NCBI GenBank assembly: GCA_003576915.1
Contig: QEVF01000003.1
Location: 113,737-177,736, forward strand
Length of the DNA: 64,000 nucleotides
Direction: 5' to 3'
Source of the DNA: Planctomycetota bacterium
GTDB lineage: Bacteria > Planctomycetota > UBA8742 > UBA2392
Shown here: positions 38,578 to 47,300 of the stretch, in pieces
How the letters are laid out: each line of letters begins with the position of its first letter
Position numbering within the stretch: the stretch's first letter is position 1
Program-made: the position numbers and the translations under genes
Notes under the pieces: generated by a model
The model's database searches: none
What the model was told of the DNA's origin: nothing
The model's input: only the letters and a program-made list of their open reading frames with translations

Positions 38578-39587
38578 GGCGCGCCCCCCTGGGGCGCCTT
38601 GCGCCCGATGAACTCCGCGCTCAGGTTGGCCAGCAGGATCATGGCCGCGCCGAAGAAGAGCCAGCCGGTGAAGTGCTCTTCCCCGAACAGGATGGAAATC
38701 AGGGCGGCGAACACAGGCTCGCTGGTATAGACGATGGCCGCGCGCGACGGACTGAGCTCCTTCTGCCAGCGATTGAGCACGGAGAGCGCGATGACCGTGG
38801 CCAGCACGGCGCAGAGCGTGACGCTGACGATGAAGCGGCCATCGCCGAACAGTGCAGCCAGCGAATCCGGCTGGAGGCGGCTCAGCCCCTGCGGCGTGGC
38901 GGCCATGATCAGGCCCATCCACAGCGTGCTGAAAACCAGCATCGTGAAGGTAAGGGCCAGGGGATCGGTTTTGCGGGTGTAGGAATCGGTCATGACGATG
39001 TGCCCGCCAAAGGCCACGGCGCAGCCGATGGTGGCCCAGGCGCCCACGCTCAGGCCGCCTTCGGGCGGTCCCGCGATGAAGGCCGCCCCCAGGGTGGCGA
39101 ACACGAGGCCCAGCAGCACGCCCGCCGATGGCGCTTTGCGCAGCAGCAGGGCCGAAAGAATCGGCGTGCTTACCACGTACAGGCTGGTCAGGAAGGCGCT
39201 CTGGCCCGGCGGCAAGTCTTCCTGCGACAGGCCGAAGATCTGCAACATGAAGCCCGCCGAGAACACCAGCGAAATGCCGAAGCCGTACTTCCAGGCCGAG
39301 GCGCTGAGCCGCTTGACACTGGCGGGAATCAGCAGGGGCATCAGGGCCGAGGCCAGGGCAAACCGGACGAACAGAAAGAACGCGCCGCCGGCGACCTTCC
39401 AGTTGGGCCCCATGGCGTCGGAAATGGCCCGCGTGCCAAGCTTCATCAGCAGAAACGTGGCCCCCCAGAAAACGCAGACGCTCGTCAGCGCCAGTGTCGC
39501 GATGCGGCGCGTTCGCAGACTGGGAACGCTGGTCGTCTCCATGGGCGCGAGACAATAGCAAGGGCGCAGCAAAGGGCACCAACGCAT
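38574..39587 (-). CDS. EamA/DMT-family transporter (paralog 2)
   Basis: 10 TM helices, paralogous to the downstream gene. Confidence 0.8.
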   Translation of the reverse strand: MRWCPLLRPCYCLAPMETTSVPSLRTRRIATLALTSVCVFWGATFLLMKLGTRAISDAMGPNWKVAGGAFFLFVRFALASALMPLLIPASVKRLSASAWKYGFGISLVFSAGFMLQIFGLSQEDLPPGQSAFLTSLYVVSTPILSALLLRKAPSAGVLLGLVFATLGAAFIAGPPEGGLSVGAWATIGCAVAFGGHIVMTDSYTRKTDPLALTFTMLVFSTLWMGLIMAATPQGLSRLQPDSLAALFGDGRFIVSVTLCAVLATVIALSVLNRWQKELSPSRAAIVYTSEPVFAALISILFGEEHFTGWLFFGAAMILLANLSAEFIGRKAPQGGAP

Positions 39588-39626
39588 CGCGATTCAAAGG
39601 GGCGCGCGGCGCGCTATACTGGATCC

Positions 39627-39947
39627 ATGCCCGACGACACACCGACCCAGCGGCAGGAGGACGACACGGAGTTCGAATCGGAGCTGCCGACAGTGGTGGC
39701 GCCGAAAGTGGCCCTCGTGTTTCATGACGACCCCGAAACTCCGGCGGACTTTGTGCTGCACCTGCTCGAGCGCTTCTGCGGCCAGGACGAAACTCGGGCG
39801 CGCGAGATCGTCAAGCGCCTGGCGGAGAAGGGCCAGGCTGTGGCCGGAGAATTCAATCAGGCCGTAGGACGCATCAAGCTCGGTCAGGTGCAGGAGGCCG
39901 CCCGGGGCAAGTATCCCTTCCAGGCGACTCTCGAACCGCTGGATTAG
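39627..39947 (+). CDS. clpS: ATP-dependent Clp protease adaptor ClpS (paralog 1)
   Basis: ClpS core VALVFHDDPETPADFVLHLLERFCGQDETRAREIVKRLAEKGQAV. Confidence 0.85.
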   Translation: MPDDTPTQRQEDDTEFESELPTVVAPKVALVFHDDPETPADFVLHLLERFCGQDETRAREIVKRLAEKGQAVAGEFNQAVGRIKLGQVQEAARGKYPFQATLEPLD

Positions 39948-39949
39948 CC

Positions 39950-40267
39950 ATGCCCGGCACCGCCCCGCTTCCCACGCGCAAAAAGGAGAGCGAGTCTGAC
40001 CAGGACGCCCGCAAGGCGCCCCTTTGGAAGGTCATCTTCCATAACGACGACAAGACCACGATGAACTTCGTGATCTACGTGCTGATGCAGTTTTTCGGAC
40101 ACAGCCTCGAACGCGCCACTGAAATCATGCTTGACGTTCACAAGTCCGGGCAGGGCATCGCAGGTGTCTATCCCCGCGAGGTGGCAGAACTCAAGCAGGA
40201 ACAAACCGTTTCAGCGGCGCGCGGCCAGAAGTTCCCCCTGGTTGTGACCATCGAAGCCGACGAATGA
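39950..40267 (+). CDS. clpS: ATP-dependent Clp protease adaptor ClpS (paralog 2)
   Basis: WKVIFHNDDKTTMNFVIYVLMQFFGHSLERATEIMLDVHKSGQGI. It starts 2 nt after the paralog-1 stop. Confidence 0.85.
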   Translation: MPGTAPLPTRKKESESDQDARKAPLWKVIFHNDDKTTMNFVIYVLMQFFGHSLERATEIMLDVHKSGQGIAGVYPREVAELKQEQTVSAARGQKFPLVVTIEADE

Positions 40268-40593
40268 CGCCGCGCTGCGGGTACCCATCCCCCCAACTCC
40301 GCCGGCCGCGGCGCGGGCTTCCGTGCCGCATGCGCGCGGCGTTGACGCAGGGAGCTGCTGCGTGGCACTTTGCCGAAGTGCGGCGGCCGGTGGCGCGAGT
40401 GGCACCGAGAGCCAAGAGCCGGCTGCTGCCGGAGGAGTCGTGTCGACGCCATATCTTGTCGGCATGGGCCCTTCCACTTTGAGCCACACCCCCGCTCCAA
40501 GATTGCAGTATTTACGTCGGGTGTGTAATTGCTTGGGCGGCTGCCTTTCGTGGCGACGTTCATGGGTACGCTGCGCCAATCCCGCAACCGCTC

Positions 40594-40732
40594 CAGCAGG
40601 TCGTTGAAAAAGTGGCGTCCGGCCACTTTTTCAACCCGATTGGGCCGAAGCAAATCCGGCCCGACCTTCATTTCAATGGGTCTTTCAGCCGCCTGACATG
40701 CGCAAGGCATCCATGGCTTGCGTGAGCAGGCC
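40594..40732 (-). ncRNA. structured RNA-like element, copy B (inverted copy, 17 nt downstream of the RDD gene stop)
   Basis: Homologous to 31374-31513. Hairpin 3 is a perfect GAAAAAGTGGC-cggac-GCCACTTTTTC. Hairpin 2 uses gggccg/cggccc where copy A uses ggtcagg/cctgacc, which are compensatory changes. Confidence 0.45.
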
Positions 40733-40748
40733 CTATTTTAACGGCCTG

Positions 40749-41570
40749 CTAGCGGGCCGTCACTTTGCGGAACCACCCTGCCAACCGAAGTAGCCAGATC
40801 AGGAGGTGTACCGCGATCACGACAATCAAGAGTCCTGCCCCGCTGAACACGATCATCGCGAAGCGGGCAAACCCCTCCCACGACTTCCTGTTGATGCGCT
40901 GCTGTGCCGACTCGTCCGGTGGCGTGTTCACATACTCCAGCAGGCCTTTGTCGAGGTGCGTGGTGTTCAACGCGTAAGTGCCGGAGACTCTGTCGTGCCA
41001 GCCGCGGCGGTGTCGGTTCCATAGCATGCTGAGGGGGCCAAGCCCCAAGGCAACAATGCCCAGGCCCAGGGCCCAGTAGCGGCCCCGCGCCATGCCCATC
41101 GAGGGGCGTGCGAGAGTTCGCCGCACAACCTTGAATCCCGCAAAGTGCATACCCCAGGTCTGGCCTTGAAGGCCGAGCATTCCCGCGAAATAGAGGTCGT
41201 AGATCACTATCTGCACAATCTTGTGGGCCAGTTTCGTGTATGTTGCGTTGAAGCCCAGTACGCTTTCCTCCTGGCCCGGCAGTCCGCCGAGAAGCCAGGC
41301 CAGGAACAAAGCAGCTGGCATGACCACGATGCAGTCCAGGCAAAACGCCAGCAAACGGCGTGTCGGACCGGCAAAGGCCTCCCTCGGATAATTTTCAGCA
41401 TCGGTGAGGTGAGGATGCGAAGAGGCAAACGCCTTGCCGACGGCAACGAGTTCCTGATGCCGCCGCTCTCGGTTCATGTCCGCTGCGTCGTACTCAGGGG
41501 TGACACCGGCCGGTGCGGGCGACGCGTGTTGCCCGGTAGCTTCGGACGCAGACTCGCGGTGGTAGGCCAC
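40749..41570 (-). CDS. RDD-family membrane protein
   Basis: RRGWHDRVSGTYAL motif and TM helices. Start uncertain (alternative internal Met). Confidence 0.65.
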   Translation of the reverse strand: MAYHRESASEATGQHASPAPAGVTPEYDAADMNRERRHQELVAVGKAFASSHPHLTDAENYPREAFAGPTRRLLAFCLDCIVVMPAALFLAWLLGGLPGQEESVLGFNATYTKLAHKIVQIVIYDLYFAGMLGLQGQTWGMHFAGFKVVRRTLARPSMGMARGRYWALGLGIVALGLGPLSMLWNRHRRGWHDRVSGTYALNTTHLDKGLLEYVNTPPDESAQQRINRKSWEGFARFAMIVFSGAGLLIVVIAVHLLIWLLRLAGWFRKVTAR

Positions 41571-41832
41571 GGCGCAAGCCTAGCAACGCGGGCCGCATGC
41601 ATTCAACCTCGCCGCCAGATTGTCGCCCGCGGCTCCGGCCGGGCCCGCGCATGGCCCGCTCGCCGGTCTTTTGCGGGGTCTAACGTGCCCGTACCAAGAG
41701 GGGGCGCGACGCCTTCCCCCGCGCGCAGTGCCAGTCGGGCCTCCCAAGCAGACGTGCAATGTCCCTGGCCCACGGCACAGACGACCGTGAAAGGAGAGCC
41801 GGCGAGTCCAACAAGGGCCGCCCGTCTAAGCC

Positions 41833-41861
41833 TTGACACCGGCGCCTTGTCACCCGAAACT
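41833..41861 (+). promoter_or_regulatory. sigma-70-like promoter candidate for the GT2/acyltransferase operon
   Basis: TTGACA at 41833, then 17 nt, then gaaact. Weak -10. Confidence 0.25.
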
Positions 41862-41898
41862 TACAGGTTCGGCAGTGGGGCTACTGAAAGGCGCAGCT

Positions 41899-43316
41899 TG
41901 AACGGCAAATCCATTCCTGCCGCGAGCGGGTACTGCTTCGTCATACCCACCTACAACAACCGCACCACGGTGACGGATGTCGTGCGGCGCGCGCTGGCCC
42001 TGGCCCAGACGGTCATCGTCGTTGACGACGGCTGCAGCGACGGCACCGCCGAACTCCTGGGGGATCTTCCCATTGTGCTGGTGCGCCACCGGCGCAATTT
42101 CGGCAAGGGCGTGGCCTTGCGCAGCGGTTTTGCCAAGGCCCTGGAGCTCGGCTACACCCACGCCCTTACGATGGACAGCGACGCCCAGCATTATCCTGAA
42201 GAGGCGCCCAAACTGATCGCCGCCAGCCGCGCCAGCCCCGACGCCATCGTGATTGGCGTGCGGGACATGACGGGCGTGCACGTGCCGTCCATTTCGACCT
42301 TCGGGCGCCAGTTCAGCAACTTCTGGATGAAACTGGCCACGGGCGTGGACGCCGGAGACACCCAGTCCGGGTTTCGCATTTATCCGCTGCGGCACGTCAC
42401 GCGGCTTTTCTGCTTCTCCCGCCGTTTCACCTTTGAGTGCGAGCTGCTTGTGCGCGCGGCATGGGGCGGCTGCCCCATCGTCACGGTGCCGGTGCGGGTC
42501 CACTATCCGCCGAAGTCCGAGCGTGTGTCTCATTTCAATCCCGTATGGGACAACGTGCGCTACTTCTTCCTTTACAACTATCTCAACTTCCGGCACCTGC
42601 TCGTGCCCCTGCCTCACCGACGCCTCGTCGCTTGCAGAGATCCGCTCTGGGCGGGCAGCATCGGCGCCACGCTCAAGAACGGGGCGCGGCGCCTGCGCGC
42701 CATGGCCGCGTTGCCGGAGAAGGCACAACTGCGCGGCGGCCCCCTGGCGCGCATGAAGCAGCTCCTGGCCTATCTGGTACATGAGAAGAACTCGCCCGGC
42801 GAGCTGGGCATGGCCGTGGGCATTGGTGCATTTATCGGATGCACTCCTCTGATCGGGGTGCAGTGGCTGTTCGCCCTGTACGCCGGCACGCGCATGCACC
42901 TGAACCGCGTTGCCACCGTCGCGGCGACCAACGTCAGTTTCGGGCCCCTGACGGCAGTGATTGCCGTGGCCTCGGTTCTGCTGGGCAAGTTCCTGCTCGG
43001 CAACCACAGCTACTTCCCTCGCACGCTGGAGTGGGCCATTCTGTGGCCCCACCTCAAGGCAAGTCTCGGCGCCTGGGTTCTGGGCAGCTCGATCATCGGC
43101 CTGGTCATGGCCTTCGTGATGGGCCTCTCCACCCTCTATGGGATCCGCGCCCTGAGGAGGCGCAAGCAGGCGCTGGAAGCGGCGGCGCCGCGTCGCGCGG
43201 CTGTAGATTCGGCTCCTGAACTCACGCCCGCGCATGGCCTGCAAAGTGCGGAAATCCATGCGGCACTCGACGCCCAGGAGGCCCGGGGCAAGACCGTTGA
43301 GGCCCCGGCGCTATGA
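41899..43316 (+). CDS. family-2 glycosyltransferase fused to DUF2062 membrane domain
   Basis: TTG start after AAAGG. GT2 motifs CFVIPTYNN, VVDDGCSDGT and DSDAQH. DUF2062-like C-terminus GMAVGIGAFIGCTPLIGVQWLFALY. Confidence 0.75.
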
Positions 43317-44245
43317 GCGGTGAAGCGCCGTTGAGAGGCTCGCGGCCCTGGGACGGTCGCACACGCAGCGGCCTGGGCATTCGCCTGATGTTCTGGCTGT
43401 TCCGTGTTTGCGGCCCGGTGTTTGCCTACTCCCTGCTGTACCCGGTGGTCTTCTACTATATGTGCGTGGCCTGGAGGCATGGGGCCGCCAGCCGCGACTA
43501 CCTGCGGCGGCTGTATCCGACGGCAACGGCCCTTCGCCTGCTGTGGCTGACCTACCGCCACTTCCTGAGCTTTGGCCGCGTGCTGCTGGATCGCGCCTAC
43601 GCTTTTACAGGCGCGCTTGGAACCTTTCACTTCGAGCGGGTGAACTCGGAGTCGATCACGGAGGCCCTGAAGGAGGGCAAGGGCCTGATTCTCATCTCCG
43701 CCCACATGGGAAACTGGGAGCTGGCGGCGCACGGTCTGGGCAGCCTGGGCGTCACAGCCCCGGCGGTGCCCATCAATCTCGTCTGGTTTCGCAATGAGGG
43801 CCAGCGCGCCCAGCAGCACCTGGAAAAAGTGACACAGGGCCAGCCATTCAACATCATTGACTCCTCCGACCCCCTGGCCGCCAGCATCGAAATGGTCGCC
43901 GCGCTCAAACGCGGCGAGATCGTGGCCATTCACGGAGATCGGGTGGTGGGCAGCGGCACGGTCAAGGCGCCGTTTCTGGGTGCCGAAGCTGAGTTTCCCA
44001 GCGGTCCCTATGTCGTGGCGGCGAACACAGGGGCGCCCGTGGTGTTTGTGTTCTGTAATCGACTGGGCCACAAGCGCTACCGGGTGACGGCCGTGGGGCC
44101 CAGGAGCTTTGCCTTCACTTCAAGACGGGAACGCGAGGCCAACTTGAGGCAGTGGGCGGGCGAATATGCGTTAATCCTGGAGCAGCAACTGCGTGAGTTT
44201 CCCTTGCAGTGGCACAATTTCTATCGGTTCTGGGGGGCGCCGTAG
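43313..44245 (+). CDS. lysophospholipid / lipid A late acyltransferase (LpxL/HtrB family)
   Basis: ATG overlaps the GT2 stop (ATGA). H-X4-E/D block LISAHMGNWELAAH. Confidence 0.75.
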   Translation: MSGEAPLRGSRPWDGRTRSGLGIRLMFWLFRVCGPVFAYSLLYPVVFYYMCVAWRHGAASRDYLRRLYPTATALRLLWLTYRHFLSFGRVLLDRAYAFTGALGTFHFERVNSESITEALKEGKGLILISAHMGNWELAAHGLGSLGVTAPAVPINLVWFRNEGQRAQQHLEKVTQGQPFNIIDSSDPLAASIEMVAALKRGEIVAIHGDRVVGSGTVKAPFLGAEAEFPSGPYVVAANTGAPVVFVFCNRLGHKRYRVTAVGPRSFAFTSRREREANLRQWAGEYALILEQQLREFPLQWHNFYRFWGAP

Positions 44246-44386
44246 ACCGCACGAAGAGGTAGCTTCACGCTCGTGTCATGGCGCCTTGCTTTGTGTAAGA
44301 GTTTGGGTTGCCATGGCGTTGTGACCTTGTAGCATTGATTCTCCCCTTTCGGTGACGGACATCCCCTGTGCAGGGAGTGCAGTTCC

Positions 44387-47300
44387 ATGCCCACGACAAG
44401 AGCGTGTTTGCTGAGTTTCGCGTTTGGGCTCATGGCGGTGCTGCTTGCGGGCTGCGGTCCGGGGTTGCTGGCACTGGCAGGCGGCTCCGGCGGCGGCATC
44501 TTTGCGTTTGCGGGCAACAAGAAGGACAAGGATGGCGGGCCCGCTCCCTCTACCAACTCTCCGCCCGTGGTGGTGATCAACTCCCTGACCCGCGAAGATG
44601 CGCCCGCGAGCATCAACTACACGTTGATCGACGCCAACTCCGACCTGTGCAGTGTGCAGGTGACCTGGTCGCGCGACGGCATCAACTTTTTTCCGTGTAC
44701 CCAGGGCGTGGGCGGTGACCCGGTGACGTTCCTGAACTCCGGTCCCAGTGGGTCAGCCAAGGTGTTCAAGTGGGACTATGAAATTGACCTGCTGACCACG
44801 GAGCTGGAGACGGGTCTGCACATCGCCATTGTGGCCAACGACGGGGCGGGCCCCGGGCCGGTGGCATCCCTCGGCGGGCTGGTGGCGGGCAATGATGCCC
44901 CCGTGGTGAACCAGACGACTTCACCGCAATCGCCGGATGTTCTGGTCACGGGCAGTCTGGTGCTGGTGACGTTCAATATCCGCGATTCCAGCGCAGACGT
45001 GGCGGGCATGGTCGTCGCCTTCACGCTGGATCAGGGTCAGACCTTTACGGAACTTGCGACGGGCGATTTCGTCGGCACTCCGCCCACGGCGTTGCTGACC
45101 ACGCCCCTGGGCGCTGCGGGCCAGTTCATCTGGAATTCGAGTGTGGCCCTGCCGGGCTTTGCGGGCTCGGATGTCTATCTGGCGTTGATTCCCGTGGATC
45201 GGCCTTCGGGCTGGACGGACTTCACGGTAGGCGACCCGGTGTTCGTGGGCCCCATCACGCTCAATAACGTCCAGAACGGGCCGCCGGAGCTGACGCTGGT
45301 TTCCAGCGTGGCCGGCGATTCCTTTGTCGGCAAGGTGCCCCTGCAATTCACATTAAGCGACAGCGGCAGCGACAGTGCTGAAGTCGCCGTGGAATACACC
45401 ATCGACGGAACCAACTGGCTGCCCGCGCGCCTCACAGGCCAGGCCACGACGCAGCCGGCGGGTCCCTTTGTCTGCTCGCCCAATCCGCGCCTTTACTCGC
45501 TGGAGTGGAATGGACTGGCGGACCTGGCAGCCCAGGGTGCCAAGAACGTGGAGTTGCGACTGACGCCCGTGGAGCTGGGGTCTTCGCCCGCCGTCTACGG
45601 CACCACGATTTACACGGGCACGTTCAGCTTTGCGGACAACGAGGCGCCGGAGGTCAGCGACTTCGAGGTGTACCAGAATTCCGGCAACATCTCCGTGCGC
45701 ATCCAGATCAAGGACAGCAGCAGCGACGAAGTCTCCTGCGCCATTACGGCGACCTGGAACGGCGGCTCCAGCAGCGTGATACTGAGCAATTCTGATTTCG
45801 TCGTGGGCAACCTGGGCCAGATGAGCTCTGGAGTGTCCGGAGAGGACAACATCCTGATCTGGAACTCCAACATCGCCCTGCCCCTGACCAACGCTGCAGA
45901 CGTCGTCTGGGAGATCACGCCCACGGATAACCCCCAGGGTTTCCCCGCGGCGGCCCTGCCGGGCCCCACCTACTTCTCGGCCAGCTTTTCCGTGATCAAC
46001 AACCCCGCAGCCGCGACGCCGGCGGGCATCACGCTCGTGGAGGACAACGGCCGCGTCACGGTGAATGTCTCGCAGACGCGCAACTTCACAGCCACCATCC
46101 TGCCTGCGGCGGCCGCCGACCACACCGTAACCTGGGACATCGTGGAGGGCGGCGGCAACGGCAGCATTGTGCCCGTTTCCAGCCCCCTGCAGGGCCCGCA
46201 AACGGCGCTTTACACGGCCCCGGCGACACTGGCCCTGAGCAACCCGAATTTCTGCACGGTGCGAGCCACCAGCACCGTGACCGGAGCCGTCACGGCCACG
46301 TGGCGGCTGTACTGGGGCGATGCCCCGAGCAGCGTGAACGTGACGCCAACGCCCGTCGATGTCGTGGCCGGCCTCACCCAGCAGTTCACTGCCTCGGTGG
46401 CACCCGCAGGCGCCCCGCAGCAGGTCAACTGGTCTGTGGTGGGCGGGTCAGCCAACGGCACCATCACCCAGGGCGGACTATACACGGCGCCTACCACACT
46501 GCCGGCGGTCAAACAGATCAACGTGCGTGCCACAAGTGTTGATGGCGCGGTTTTCGGATCGGCGGTGGTCAATCTCAAACCCAGCCCCGTCTCGCTGCTG
46601 GTGACGGAGAGCGTAGGCTCCAGTCAGGGTCCCTCGCAGGTGACGCTGGGGCAAAGCCTCAGCCTGATGGCGACCGTCAACCCGCCGGACGCACCCCAAC
46701 AGGTCTACTGGACCATCGACTGGAACGGCGTGAACCAGGGTTCGGGCAATTCCACAGTGGGATTCGTCAATGCCTCGGGCCTCTATTCTTCGCCCTCGGC
46801 CTTGCCCTCGCCCAGTCAGGTTTTCGTACGGGCGCGCAGCCAGGTGGTTTCCAGTGTGACTGACGACTACCAGATCAACCTTGTGGCCCCGCCGCCCACC
46901 AGCTTCCAGGTGTCGCCCGCTACGGCCATCGTCACGGCGGGCGGCGCCGGCGTTGACTTTGATGCAGTCAACTTCGTGCCGGCCAACGCCAACCAATCCG
47001 TAATCTGGACCATCAACCCGGTCTTCGGAAGCATTGACAGCGCTTCGGGCGTCTATACGCCGCCCCCGAGCGCGGCATCCAGCCAGAACGTCACGGTCAC
47101 GGCCACGAGTTCCGTGGCAGGAACCGTTACTGCCACCGCCGTTGTGACCGTCAACCCCAGCACGGGAACTTTGCCCAGCAGCCTGACCATCTCGCCCAAT
47201 GAAGGGCGAACTTTCGTGCAGGGCCGCGTCCTGATTTTCACGGCCACGGTGCTGCCCGCCGGCGCCTCCCAATCCGTCAACTGGTCGGTGGTAAGCGGAG

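Noticed and set aside
37636-39642. 668-aa ORF reported as one gene in the track
   Set aside because: Its N-terminal 350 aa are junk read-through in a different frame. The region actually holds two separate EamA transporter genes, with an ATGA junction at 38574-38577.
38673-39947. 424-aa + strand ORF ending in the ClpS sequence
   Set aside because: Only the last 106 codons (from ATG 39627) are ClpS. The upstream part is antisense to the EamA genes.
40168-40710. 180-aa minus-strand ORF starting inside RNA element copy B
   Set aside because: Beyond the first roughly 40 codons it is antisense to clpS paralog 2, Arg-rich, and not conserved with copy A. The shared 39-codon segment shows a non-coding substitution pattern.
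41850-43259. 469-aa minus-strand ORF
   Set aside because: Antisense to the GT2-DUF2062 gene.
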